NCBI RefSeq assembly: GCF_009914755.1
Contig: NC_060939.1
Reading direction: 5' to 3' (one strand)
DNA length: 64,000 nucleotides
Source: the human T2T-CHM13v2.0 reference genome, Homo sapiens
The notes beneath the pieces are model-generated. The model saw nothing but the letters and a program-made list of their open reading frames with translations. It did not search any database and was not told the DNA's origin. Made by a program: the position numbers and the translations under genes. Positions 1 to 41,290 of this stretch are shown piece after piece (within the stretch, counting starts at the first letter, position 1; every line of letters starts with the position of its first letter).

Positions 1-1776
<1,776 letters not shown>

Positions 1777-1926
1777 TGTAAGTAATGCATTTCCTCAAAA
1801 AATTATAGGTAATTAGTATTAATCCACTGTATGTAATTGACATCTATTAACCACTTCATCCAACAACAGCAGGGACTCATTCTTCTCAAGCTGTCACAGA
1901 ACACTCACCAAGATAGACCATAAAAC

Positions 1927-2180
1927 GGGAATTGAACAATGAGAACACATGGACACAGGAAGGGGAACATCACACACCAGGGCCTGTTGTGTAGTGGGGG
2001 GAGGGGGGAGGGATAGCATTAGGAGATATACCTAATGCTAAATGACAAGTTAATGGGTGCAGCACACCAACATGGCACATGTATACATATGTAACAAACC
2101 TGCACGTTGTGCACATATACCCTAAAACTTAAAGTATAATAATAATAAAATAAAAATAAATAAATAAAATAAAATAAAAT
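1927..2180 (+). mobile_element. 5'-truncated L1PA4/5-like 3' UTR stub
   Basis: gggaattgaacaatgagaacacatggacac...cttaaagtataataat followed by a (TAAAA)n tail. Confidence 0.9.
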
Positions 2181-2298
2181 GAGACAGCAACCACACACAA
2201 AAAAATACTTATAAAACAGATTTTAAAAAATATTAATCACATAATGTCTACTCTCAGACCTCAGTGGAATTAAACTGAAAATCAATAGAGAAAGATAG

Positions 2299-3611
<1,313 letters not shown>

Positions 3612-4579
3612 AGAAAGATAACTGGAAAATCCCAAAATATGTGGAGATTAAACAACTATTTCTGAATAATGCATGGATCAAAGAAGAAATCTCAGGAGAA
3701 ATTTAAAAATATTTTGAACTAAATGAAAATGAAAACACTACTTATCAAAATTTATAGGATGCAGTGAAAGTCATGCTTAGAGGGAAATGTATAGCAGTGA
3801 ATGCATATGTTAGAAAAGTAGAAAGGTCTAAAATCAGTCATTTAAGTTTCCACCTTAGGAAATTGAAAAAAAAAAGGCAAATTAAATCCAAAGTAAGCAA
3901 AATAAAAGACATAATAAAAAATTAGAACAGAAGTCAATAAAATTAAAAACAGGAAATCATTAGAGAAAATCAATGAAACCAATAGCTGGTTCTTTGACAG
4001 TATTAATAAAAATGCATAAGCCTCTAGCAAGGCTAAGAGAAAAAGAGAGAGGACACAGATTACTTCTGTCAGAAATGAAAGAGGGTTATCACTACAGATC
4101 CCATGGACATTAAAAGGAAAATAAAGGAATACTATGAACAACTCTGTGCCTACCAATTTGATAACCTAGATGAACTAGACCACTTCCTTGATAGACACAG
4201 TCTGCCAGCTCTACAAAAAGATAATCTGAACAGGTTTATATGTATTAAATAAATTGAATCAATAATAACCTTCCAAAGCAGGAAGCACCAGGTACAGATG
4301 GGTTTGCCGGTGAATTCTACCAAATATTTAAGAAGAAACTATACCCCTTATCTACAGTCTCTTTCAGAAGATAGAAGCAGAGGGAATACTTCCTAATTCA
4401 TTCTATGATGCCATTGTTATGCCAGTACCAAAACCAGAGAAAGACACTACTACAGACCAATGTCTCTCATGATCTTAGATGAGACAAAACTACAGACCAA
4501 TATCTCTCTTGATCTTATATGCAAAAATTCTCAATGAAATATTAGCAAGTTGAATTCAACAATGTATACAAGAATTATA

Positions 4580-11913
<7,334 letters not shown>

Positions 11914-11925
11914 ACTTAACACTTA

Positions 11926-14568
<2,643 letters not shown>

Positions 14569-14744
14569 CGTTATGTTTTAAGGAAGCATTGTGGTTAATA
14601 ATTTATATTTTTGGTAGAGATTATTTTTCTAAAAGCACTCTCAGAGGAAAAAATTAAGCTATAAAAATTTAAAAATCCTAACAAATTGCCAGTCTTGATA
14701 TTAAAATTATAATTAAAAATTTTTCTTAGATATCTTATAAAACA

Positions 14745-14956
14745 GACATTGGCAAACTACCAGGTGGCCATTTGTTTTAATAAATAAAATTTTACTGAAA
14801 CATAGACATACTCATTTGTTTATATATTGCCTATGGTTGCTTTTCTGCTAGAACAGCAGAATTGAGTAAGGCCCACAGCCTGAAACACTTACTGTCTGGC
14901 CCTTTTTTTTTTTTTTTTTCTGTCTGGCCCTTTAAGAAAAAGTTTTTAGATCCCTG
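14745..14956. mobile_element. MER58-like hAT DNA transposon fragment
   Basis: ttggcaaactac...ttttactgaaacatagacatactcatttgttt...tctggccctttaagaaaaagttt...ccctg resembles MER58A. Confidence 0.7.
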
Positions 14957-14989
14957 TTTTAAAGGACACAAATTTGAATCCTTCCTATA

Positions 14990-16690
<1,701 letters not shown>

Positions 16691-16696
16691 GGAGCC

Positions 16697-16752
16697 TGCG
16701 TTAGGGTTCCCTAGAGGTACAGAACTAATAGGAGATATATACATATAATAGG

Positions 16753-16806
<54 letters not shown>

Positions 16807-16879
16807 CGGCTACCACACCCGGCCACCTCTGTTATTTCTGTTCAGCTCTCAGCCCTATATCATTTTAGATATGTGTGTG

Positions 16880-16925
<46 letters not shown>

Positions 16926-17380
16926 TATGTGTGTATATATATGTATATATGTACATATACATTCTTAGATTTGTGGATTGATGTTTTTCACCAAATGATT
17001 CTTCCTCAAAAATGCCTCCCCTGACCAAACTATCTAAAATAGAGCCTCCCACCACTCTCTATCACATCTCCCTGTTTTAATTTATACACAGCACTCTGAC
17101 ATTTATATTATGTTCTATAACTTTTGTTTATTTATTGTTATCTCCCCAACAAGAATGTAAGCTTCGTAGGACAATAACTTGGTCTGTTTTGTTCACTGCT
17201 GAATCTCCAGCTGTTTAAAACAGTTCTTGGCAGGGCACAGTGGCTCACGCCTGTAATCCCAGCACTTTGGAAGGCCAAGGCGGGCGGATCGAGAGATCAG
17301 GAGTTTGAGACCAGCCTGTATGTATATATATACATATACAGCCTGTATATGTATATATATACACACATATATATATGCAT

Positions 17381-17415
<35 letters not shown>

Positions 17416-17953
17416 AAGGGGAGTTTATTAAGTATTAATAAAGCCTGGATGACAAAGCAAGACTCCATCTTAAATAAATAAATAAAATTTAAAATGTGTG
17501 TAACTTGAGTCCTAGAAGGATAAAAAAAGATAGAATTTTAAAATTTGAATAATATATGATCTGAATAAAGGGGAGTTTATTAAGTATTAACTCATACGAT
17601 CACAAGGTCCCACATTAGGTTGTCTGCGAGCTTGAGGAGCAAGGAGAGCCAGTCCAAGTCTCAAAACTAAAGAATTTGGAGTCTGATGTTTGAGGGCAGG
17701 AAGCATCCAGCACGAGAGAAAGATGTAGGCTGTTAAGCTAGGCCAGTCTCACCTTTTCTCGTTTTTCTGCCTGTTTTATATTCGCTGGTAGTTGATTAGA
17801 ATTTGCCCATCAGATTAAGGGTGGGTCTGCCTTCCCCAGCCCACTGACTCAAATGTTAATCTCCTTTGGCAACACCCTCACAGACATATCCAGGATCAAT
17901 ACTTAAAGTATCTTTCAGTCCAGTGAAGTTGACACTCAATACTAACCATCACA
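16697..17953 (-). mobile_element. MLT2A1-like (ERV-L) solo LTR containing a complex insertion
   Basis: TG...CA ends, 5-bp TSD gagcc (16692-16696/17954-17958), MLT2A sequence (cccactgactcaaatgttaatctcctttggcaacaccctcacagac). Confidence 0.85.
16759..16804. repeat. Pure (TA)23 microsatellite; compound (TG)/(TA) arrays at about 16870-16960 and 17318-17412
   Basis: Read directly from the sequence. Confidence 0.95.
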
Positions 17954-19639
17954 GAGCCTGTTGATTCTGTCAGGCTTGTTTATGCTTTGGTTTTTTGCTT
18001 CATTAGAGCAAGTTAGTTTTTATTTTGTTTTTAGTCTCAGAGCATGGCCTTTAACTCTAGAGTGTGGCCTAAAAATGATAATAATCATAAGTAATTAGTC
18101 TAGTGTGGTGATGTGCTCCTATAGTCCCAACTACTCAGAAGGGTGAGGTGGGAGGATCATTTGAGCTCAGGAGATTGAGACTGCAGTGAGCTATGATCAT
18201 GCCACAGCACTTCAGCCTGGGCACTAGAACAAACCCCAACTCTAAGAGCGTGGTCCCTACTCTTAAACTATGGCCTTGTAGCAACTCATCTGAATACCGA
18301 AGATGGTTGGTGCTCCATGACCTCTGTTATTTCCTTTATTTTTTATTTTTAATAGGGAAGACGGGGAGAATTTTAGCCTTTTTTGTGTATGTGTGCAGTG
18401 GTGTGATTGTAGCTCACTGAAGCATCTACTTCTTGGGCTCAAGCTCTCCTCCCACCTTTGCCTCTGAGTATCTGGGACTACAAGTGTGTGCCAGCATGCC
18501 CACCTAATTTTTTTAATTTTTAGTAGACACGAAGTCTCACTATGTTTTACAGGCTGGTCTCAAATTCCTGAGCTCAAGTGATCTCCCACCTTGGCCTCCC
18601 AAAGCACTGGGATTGCAGGGATGAGCTACCACACCCAACCACCTCTGTTATTTCTGTTCAGCTCTCAGCCCTATAGGAGGAGCTGTCTGTTAGACCCCAT
18701 GAAGTCTCACCCTGTGCATACACAACCTGGGGCTTGGCCAAAGACCTAAGAGGAAATCCCCATATAGATTTCTGCTCTCCGTTTCATCCCCCACAGGTTC
18801 CTCCTCTGTAATATCCTTTCCTGCAAATTCTAGCCACCTCAGCAGGCCAAACTCTGATGATCTCTGTCTCCTCTGCTCACAAAGACTGCCTATTCATATA
18901 TATCCCTTCTTTTAAGGACCATGGTCTTGTGCTGATGGTTGTACAGTGCTTACAAACAGCTGCCTCATGTATTTTTCCTGCCTTTATAATTGTTTAGGGT
19001 AGAGGAAACCCAATACTGGTTAGTATGTCATTGCTAGCAGTGGAAGTTCATGTTGTCCTTTTTAAATTAAATAAATCCATCTCTAAGTTTAAAGGAAACT
19101 CATTACTCACAGACCATGTCTCAGGAGCCATATGAGAACATAATTTTAAGTAGTACATGTAGACATTTACCTATATTTCATGGAGGGCTGAGATAGTCCC
19201 ACTAACCAGTATTTGAGCAAATTTCAAGTGTGTTGTATCTGTTCATATACACAAAGCAAAGAAAGAATGTTATATCGTTGTTTTGTATTTAATGTTTATG
19301 TTTCAGAATGATTAATATTACTTCATCTCTTTCTAGGAGTTTTTATGGTCAATTGCTGATCTGAGTTTCAGTAACTTTCCAAAACATTACTATAAGTAAA
19401 TATTCATCAGGACTCTGAAGTGCAAGTCAACTATATAATCAGGAGGCTCAGAAAATTGATCACAGCCGGTCAATAAATTGATTAGTTTTACATGTAAATT
19501 GTAAAACTAATCAGATTTTCTCAATCTAAATCTTAGATTCTCTTTCATTCTAAGGATAAATACATTACTTTGACAACTCTAAATACTCCAGTATGTATTA
19601 ATCACCAACTATTTGCTAGGCTTGTCTCATAATCCAGAG

Positions 19640-20850
19640 GAAAATATTCTCACTTAGTCCCCACATTGATCATGCAGGGTAAATGGCATCATCTTTATTT
19701 TATAGATGAGGGTTGAGGCTTAGAAAAATTAGGAACTAATCCAAAGTCATGCAGTTAATAAATTACAGAGCCATGATTTGACTCTCTAAAAGAGAAAATC
19801 TGGTCTAACTCCAAAGCTCATGTATTTTATTCTTTTATTCTCTTGGCTGTGCAGTAGAACCACCTTTGGAGCTTTCAGTAAATATAGAAACCCATGCCCC
19901 ATTCCCATGTTCAGTACGTCTGTGGTAGTGTCTGTAATATTAGAATGCAGCCAGAGTTGAGGACCACTGCTTATCAGTGCCATACTCCTTCTCTATAGCC
20001 ATAGGCACTGGATCATGAAGTCCTGTTAGTCAGGAAATTGGAAGTCTAGACAGTTTTGAGATTATAGCCCTGCTGTTAGAGTAAGAAAATGGGAGGAAAA
20101 GGCAGGATCAGTTCTTTTTTTGCCTCTCAGAGTAGGGGCTGCAACTGAAGCCTAAAAGAGAAGTAGAGGACGATTAATCCTAAACCACCTGTCATCTTTG
20201 TAAGCATCTTACCAGTTTCTTTAGAAATGTTTACTCTGAATTTTTAAGTCAAGTGAGAGGTATGTCTTATCTCTACTGTCATGAGCTTTTTGTTTCCTCA
20301 CCTTTGAAAAAGGGATATCTATCTAATTTAGAGGTAAGGGTGACATGAGACTAGTGCCTGGTTATTGCCTCCTTAGGAGCTACCAGATACAGTCCCAGCC
20401 CCCAGTTACCTCTGCCACCTAGCCACCTATTCTTAAAGTTTTTACTATTGTGTCTCTAATATGGCCCCTTCTTTCCTGTCTCCCTCATTTCTAACACTTT
20501 TTCCTCACTCCTTAGCTTCTCCTCAAATATGCTGCGCATGCTCCTGTCTCAAGGCCTTTGTACTTGCTCGTCTTTGTTTGAATGTTCTTCCTCCAAGTTT
20601 CATTCATACCTCTGCTCAAATGATTCCTCCTCAAAAATGCCTCCCCTGACCAAACTATCTAAAATAGAGCCTCCCACCACTCTCTATCACATCTCCCTGT
20701 TTTAATTTATACACAGAACTCTGACATTTATATTATGTTCTATAACTTTTGTTTATTTATTCTTATCTCCCCAACAAGAATGTAAGCTTCATAGGACAAT
20801 AACTTGGTCTATTTTGTTCACTGCTGAATCTCCAGCTGTTTAAAACAGTT
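19640..20850. mobile_element. Ancient MIR, MER5-like and L2 fragments
   Basis: ttttatagatgagggttgaggcttaga (MIR core); gcagccagagttgaggaccactg (MER5-like end); agaatgtaagcttcatagg...tgttcactgctgaatctccag (L2 3' end). Confidence 0.6.
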
Positions 20851-20856
20851 CTGGGC

Positions 20857-21810
<954 letters not shown>

Positions 21811-22001
21811 TATTGTCAAATGATTAAATTTCTACACTGATAACTCTGCTTTATAAATAATACAAAAATCAGTGATAGGATAAAAACTATATGCTCTAAT
21901 GGCTTTGGTGGCCTGTATTTTCTCTTTGTGATAAATACATTTTATTATTTTATCTTTGATACTTTTCCTTAATAATGGCTTTATCAATGATATATGTTTT
22001 A

Positions 22002-22562
<561 letters not shown>

Positions 22563-22675
22563 GCAGCCTAGCTATTAATGGTATTTTCTGATAGCAGCAT
22601 GATATTCCCTGTTGACTTGTATATTTTTCCCCTGGCTCTCTGGTCTTCAATGAAGAGGACCGGGTTAAAATATAA

Positions 22676-27199
<4,524 letters not shown>

Positions 27200-27345
27200 T
27201 CAATTAGTAACTGTAAATAAATTAGCATACCAACTATAAGGATTACAAAATTAGAATAAACATCATAGAATTAGTGCAATGTAAATTGATTCACGGTGGT
27301 TTTTTTTTTTTTTTTTTTTAGAAATCATAGTATCAATGGGAATAA

Positions 27346-27498
<153 letters not shown>

Positions 27499-28470
27499 TG
27501 AAACCAACTTACTAGTCATGTACAGTTATATAGTGTATAAAATATATCACTTAGCAGTATAGTGAAATAGCATTTATTCTTTGAGGTAATGTTATTTTTT
27601 TTTAGACTAGTAAAAGCAGAGAGAAATAATAATCTGAAACTCCACTTTATCTGGTGGATTGTTAGTCTTTTTCTTAAGAACAGAAGAATTATTTATTATG
27701 CCACTCTGAGCTACATTCCCTTTCCTCTCTGCCTGCTATACAGGTTTAGCTTCTTCAAAATGTGTTCAAATTTATCTCATAGAGGCCTTCTATAAATTAC
27801 AGTGCCCACCTATATTAAAATCTTCGTACTTATGAATGTATTTGTTTATTTTCTAAACACTCATTCCATTTTATAGAACATTTCCCTGAAATGAGAGTAG
27901 ATATGATTGAAGAGACCTGCTTAAGGGAGATGATGGAAAGGAAAAAGGTCAGAGTGGAATAGGATGTTTTGGGATCCAAAATTAAAGTCATTGATGAGGA
28001 TAAAAAGGGAGGTGGGGAAAGAGAGGTGGTATCCAGTAGATAATGCTAAGAAAGAATCAAGAGTCAACACTTGTGAGTCACTGTATAGTGAAGATGACTT
28101 AGAGAGTAGAAATTTCAAAAGCCTTACTGGATTTTGGAGATTTCTGATAGTGATATGGAATTTGGAGGGAGGAAAAGATATGAGTATCATTGCTATATTA
28201 ATCTATGGATTTCTACTGTATATCTTTTTGGTGAATAAGTTTATGGCCATTAGTGGAGATACTCACCTGGGAATGATCAGTAAACTTCCCACAGCTAAAA
28301 TCACATTGGTTATAATACTTGATTAAAGAAATGAGAATAAACCTTTAAAAAAAAAAAAAAAAGCTTTGTGGCTACCCAATGTTAAACAATAGTGTGTCTT
28401 AGCTTTCTAAAGCAGATCTTGTGAAATTCATCTTTAAAAGATTAAATTAAATTATATTCTTTTAATTTGA

Positions 28471-28698
<228 letters not shown>

Positions 28699-30461
28699 TA
28701 AATGTAATATGAATTAAGGTCTTCATTATTCTGCTCTCTAATAAATGTATAGTGAAGTTATATATATTTAAAGAGAAGGTATGAAAGTGTCAAAATTTAA
28801 AGGAAATACAGGTTTTAAATGGATAGATACGATTTTAAAGAAAACTTTAAAAAGGTTCTCATGTTCTCCATTGTTAAATAATAAATTTCAGGTGAGTTGA
28901 CTTTTTTTAAAAATACAATTAGTTCTTATGAATATAAACTTTTTTGGAGAAATGAGAAAAATATATTTTGATAGGCTTACAAATGAAAACTTTGATTAGG
29001 GAGGAGAGAAAATAAATAGTTTTGAAAAATGGAACATTCTGGGAGAAACATACACTCTGGGGGATTGCCTTAGTAGATTGCTCAATACTGCTTCCTCCTC
29101 CATTCCCTGCAATTGCATTTTCCTCATTTAGATGTTAGAAGTATAAGAAAAAATTCTAGTAGTAGAATTTGAGGCAGGAGAGTGTCCCTTAGATCAGCTT
29201 CCTTAAACTGTGCTTTTCACTGGTTCTGCTTTTCATGGCATCTTCTTACCTTCAATTCTGAATAGACAGAATCTCTAAAAGCTTCAGTTTGTCTTTGGTT
29301 TATTTATTTATTTTTAATTTTTATCAGTCACCAGGAGTAAGATCAAGTCTTTGGTTTTTATGATGGCTTCTGTCTATGGCAGCAACTGTGCAGAGCACTG
29401 GTTAGGCAGTTATTTGTACAAAGATTGCGTGTAAGCTAATAATTGAACAATGTTATATTTGTGAATTTATTCAAGGTATTTTATTTTATTTCTTTATTTT
29501 TATTTATTTATTTTTAGAGACGGGGGTCTCGCTTTGTTGCCCAGGCTGGTCTTGAACTCCTGGGCTGAAGTGATCCTCCCGCCTTAGCCTCACAAAGTGC
29601 TGGGATTACAGGCGTGATTCACTGTGCCCAGCCTATTCAAGGTATTTTTGTTGATCTTGTAACAGTTATTCAAATTTATTCATATATGTGAATGTATAGT
29701 TTGCATTAATTTAATTGGCTTTCCTTTCTTTTTTCTTTTTTTCTGTTTTCTTCAAATAGGAAATTCCTTGATATTTTAAAGCATATCTGTGTATCTTGAC
29801 CAAAGTATTGTGTGAAAAACATTTTTATTACAAAGATTTAGCTAACATTTTAAATATAATGAAAAAATATTTCCTCAAAATTGGGTTGGGGGATTGGCCT
29901 GAAAACTTACATCTCAACAAGAAGAGGTGTACAGTAAGAGCATAACAAATAAAATATCTTAATTTGATCACTTAAGATTTTCTTCTTTTTTTTTTAAATT
30001 TTTTTTGAGATGGAGTCTCACTCTGTCACCCAGGCCAGGAGTGCAGTGGCAGGCAGGAGTGCAGTGGTGCAATCTCAGCTCACTGCAACCTCCGCCTCCC
30101 AGGTTCAAGCGATTCTTCTGCCTCATCTTCCTGAGCAGCTGGGATTACAGGTCCACATCACCATGCCTGGCTAATTTTTGTATTTTTAGTAGAGATAGGG
30201 TTTCACCGTGTTGGCCAGGCTAGTCTCGATCTTCTGACCTCAGGTGATCCGCCCGCCTCGGCCTCCCAAAGTGCTGGGATTACAGTCATGAACTACTGCT
30301 CCCGGCCAAGATTTTCTTCTAACCTTATATTTATTCTATACATTTTTTTAATTGTTGCCTTACCTGTATATATTTTTTTAACTGATATTTGGGTAAAGAA
30401 GGTGGTTGGAAATAATTGCTTGGAAATTATTACTCTCTACAATAATTTTGAAAAGAGCCTA

Positions 30462-30599
<138 letters not shown>

Positions 30600-31779
30600 T
30601 CAAAAAAAAAAAAAAAAAAGAAAAGAGCCTATTGAGTTTTAAACCCTCACTCCATATTATTTTCCATTTATCATTAATGTATATGGAGAGTTGAAATCAA
30701 TGCATGCACAATTTTGTGATTTACTTTGACATTATTTCTTACATTCCTTTTTACTTAATTTAAATTTTTATTAATATATACACATATATTCTGTATATAT
30801 TATATACATATACAGAATATATGTATACATATACATATATTCTATTGTGCTTAGGCAATAATAACAGTTTACTTAGGTCTCCTCTCATTGTTTAGATCAT
30901 TTCGTATTTTCTCATTGTAGCTGTCATGATTGTTACTATCATTTTTTTTCTCCAGTTATTTCCTGTTCTTCCTACTTTGCGTGTTCCTTTAAAAGTATAG
31001 TCCTCAGAACGAAATTACTGGGTCAAAGCACTTGACTAGCTTTATAGCACTTGTTAAATAGTGTCAGATTGTTCTCTAGAACAGTTTTAAAGTGTCACTG
31101 GAGTTATTTAAGTTTAGGGGTTTCTCTGTGGCCTGGCCACATTGATTTTTATCGTTTTTATAAGGTATTTAGAATATAACGTTTCCTTAAAAATGTTTTA
31201 ATAATCATTTATTCTGGTGGCCTATATTTATGTGAGTAATTTTATTATAATTATTTCTTGGTATATAATCTGTGCATCAGTTTTGACCACTTAGCCTGAA
31301 AACTTTGTAGATTTGTTCTATTTATTTGTATCAACTCTTTTCTTTTTCTTTTTTTCTTTTTTTTTTTTTTTTTTGAGACAACGTCTCACTCTATCACCCA
31401 GGCTTGGAGTGCAGTGGTGCAGTTGTGGCTCACTGCAGCCTTGACTTCCTGGGTTCAAATGATCCTCCCTTCTCACCTTCCTCAGTAGCTGAGACCACAG
31501 GCATGTGCCATCACACCTGGCTAATTTTTAAAATTTTTAAACAAAAATGAGGTCTCGTTCTGTTGTCCAGACTGGTATTGAACTCCTGTGCTCATGTGAT
31601 CCTCCCATCTCAGCCTCCCAAAATGCTGGGATTACAAGCGTGAGCCACCATTGCCCAGCCCCGTATCAAATCTTTATAGATAATTCAGATTTATCACAGT
31701 TTTCCTCTTATATTGTCGTTCCTGATATAAGACTTTCTTATGCTTTATCATGCAAAAGTTTTTTTAATTAAAAATAATT

Positions 31780-35520
<3,741 letters not shown>

Positions 35521-36455
35521 AAAAGGTCTTTATTTGTATATATTCAAGCATATTGATCTAGACTCTTATGATGATTTTCATTTCTCTTATAGAAGATCAT
35601 TTCTTTTATAAAAATCATTTCTTTTATTCTATCTGGACATAAATATACTGTTCTTTTTTTTGTTTTTGAGACGGAGTCTTGCTCTGTTGGCCAGGCTGGA
35701 GTGCAGTGGCGCAATCTCAGCTGACTAGAACCTCTGCCTCCTGGGTTCAAGTGATTCTCCCACCTGGCCAATATGGTAAAACCCCATCTCTACTAAAAAT
35801 ACAAAAATTAGCTGGGCTTGTTGGTGCATGCCTGTAATTCCAGCTACTCGGGAGGCTGAGGCACAATAATCTTGAACCTGGGAGGCGGAGGTTGCAGTAA
35901 GCCAAGATTGCGCCACTGTACTCCAGCCTGGGCAACAGAGCAAGACCCTGTCTCAAAAAAAAAAAAAAAAAAATCGTTAGTATTCTTGTGTTTATTCAGC
36001 TTTGCTTTCCATAGAGTAAAAACTATTTAGTTATAAGAAAAATTTATTTTATTTTAGTTATTTAAGAGACAGGTGGCCTGGCACAGTGGCCCATGCCTGT
36101 AATCCTAACACTGGGAGGCCGAGGCAGATGGATCACTTGAGCCCAGGAGTTCAAGACCAGCCTAGGCAACATGGTGAAACCCCGTCTCTACAAAAGATAC
36201 AAAAATTAGCTGGGCATGGAGGCGTGCTCCTGTAGCCCCACCTCCTTGGGTGGCTGAGTTAGCAGGATTCTTTAAGCCCAGGAGTTAGAGGCTGCAGTAA
36301 GCCATGATCGTGCCACTGCACTCCAGCCTGGGCAACAAAGCAAGACCTTGTCTCAAAAGAAAAAAAGAGAGAGGGAGAGAGACAGGGTCTTGCTGTGCTG
36401 CCGGGCTGGATTCAAACTCCTGGGCTCAAATCATCCTCCTGCCTTAGCCTCTTGA

Positions 36456-36734
<279 letters not shown>

Positions 36735-38355
36735 TGATCTGCCTGCCTCGGCCTCCCAAAATGCTGAGATTACAGGCGTGAGCCACCACGTCCAGCTTGA
36801 AAATTCATTTTTAAGTACAGTTTTGCTTTATAGTTTTCTTCTTTTTTGACTTACAATTTTTTTCTTTCATTTAACACTTGTCAAATCATTATTTGTATCT
36901 AAATCATTATTCTCAAAAATTTCATTGTGGCCGGGCACAGTGGCACACGCCTGTAATCCCAGCACTTTTGGAGGCTGAGGCAGGTGGATCACTTGAGGCC
37001 AGGAGTTCGAGAGCAGCCTGGCCAACATGGCAGAACCCTGTCTCTACTGAAAATACAAAATTACCCAGGTGTGGTGGTACACGCCTGCAGTCTCAGCTAC
37101 TCAGGAGGCTGAGTGGGAGGATTGCTTCAATCTGGGAAGCAGAGGTTGCAGTGAGCCATGATCACGCCACTGCACTCCAGCTTAGACAACAGAGTGAGAC
37201 CCTGTCTCAAATAAATAAATAAGTAAATAAAAAATAAAAGCACTTGATACTCTGTAGGTACAAAATAACATGCTGTTAGAAAAAAGTTGAAAATTTTATT
37301 GAAAACACTATTAGAAAAGGAGGGGAAGTCCTTAGACTTTATATAGTTATCACCACAATTTTTGTTTTGTTTTGTTTTTTGAGACAGGGTCTCACTCTCT
37401 CACCCAGGTTGTACTGCATTAGCACGTTCATAGCTCACTACAACCTTGACCTCCTTGGGCTCAAGGGATCATCCTACCTCAGCCTCCTGAATAGCTGGGA
37501 CTACAGGTGTGTGCCACCATGCCTGGCTAATTTTTGTATTTTTGCAGAGACAGTTTCACCATGTTGCTCAGGCTGGTTTCAAACTCCTGAGCTCAAGCAG
37601 TCCTCCCACCTCAGTGTCCCAAAGTGCTGGGACTACAGGCATGAGCCACCATTCCTGACCTCACTACAAATTTTTTGGCAGCTTTAACTTTAGTATTTTT
37701 GTTTTATAGCTTAATATATCATACTTATATTGATATATTTATAAAGAGCTGCATATTTTTGTAAATTTAATTTTGTATTACCACATCATGCAAAAGTGGC
37801 TAGAACATTTTGGGGTATATTTCACCATATTTGGAAGATGTATTTGGGTTAGTTTAATTTAAACTTTAGAATGTAGGCTATGTGGTGACACAAAATATAG
37901 TTTAGGGATACTTCAAAGAAACAGACATCTTCCAAAATAGTTGAAACTGAAAATCCAGGCGAGGCCTACATGTTTGCCAGCTAGGAGGGACATACCATTT
38001 GTATTTAGATGCTTTGAATAGAGATAAGAATTTACTTCAAATGTCAGCTCCCATATGGAAAGTCATGAGGGTGGTTACTCCAAACAGTAGGGAGTGATTG
38101 TTGATCAAATTGCTTCTCATATTGGCTTTTCTGTATAGCAGCAGGGTTTCATTTATTTAACAGTGGTTATTAATCATTCTCCCAAGGAACACTGGAGAGG
38201 CAAGCTAGTGTATCACAGAATACCTGATCTTCCTTTACATATAGAATTTTTTTTTTTTTTTTTGAGATGGAGTTTCACTCTTGTTGCCCAGGCTGGAGTG
38301 CAATGGCACGATCTCGGCTCACCCACCGCAACCTCCACCTCCCAGGTTCAAGTGA

Positions 38356-38693
<338 letters not shown>

Positions 38694-38699
38694 AATTAT

Positions 38700-41290
<2,591 letters not shown>

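Noticed and set aside
16804-17590. Assembly artefact as the explanation for the mosaic
   Set aside because: The copies differ from their donors by scattered substitutions, keep ancestral CpGs and lack a later AluY. Long reads are still needed for final proof.
17905-17953. MLT2A LTR as a DUX4-driven embryonic promoter
   Set aside because: The position that I recall as CAATCCAATCA in the consensus reads CAGTCCAGTGA here, and the LTR is disrupted; there is no sequence support for activity.
18345-18395. Foreign ~45 nt replacing an AluJ 3' end, loosely like 15730-15745
   Set aside because: The similarity is too short and imperfect to assign a donor.
27964-28326. 120-aa + strand ORF between exons 7 and 8
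   Set aside because: No recognisable homology or convincing splice sites; exons 7 and 8 already join in frame.
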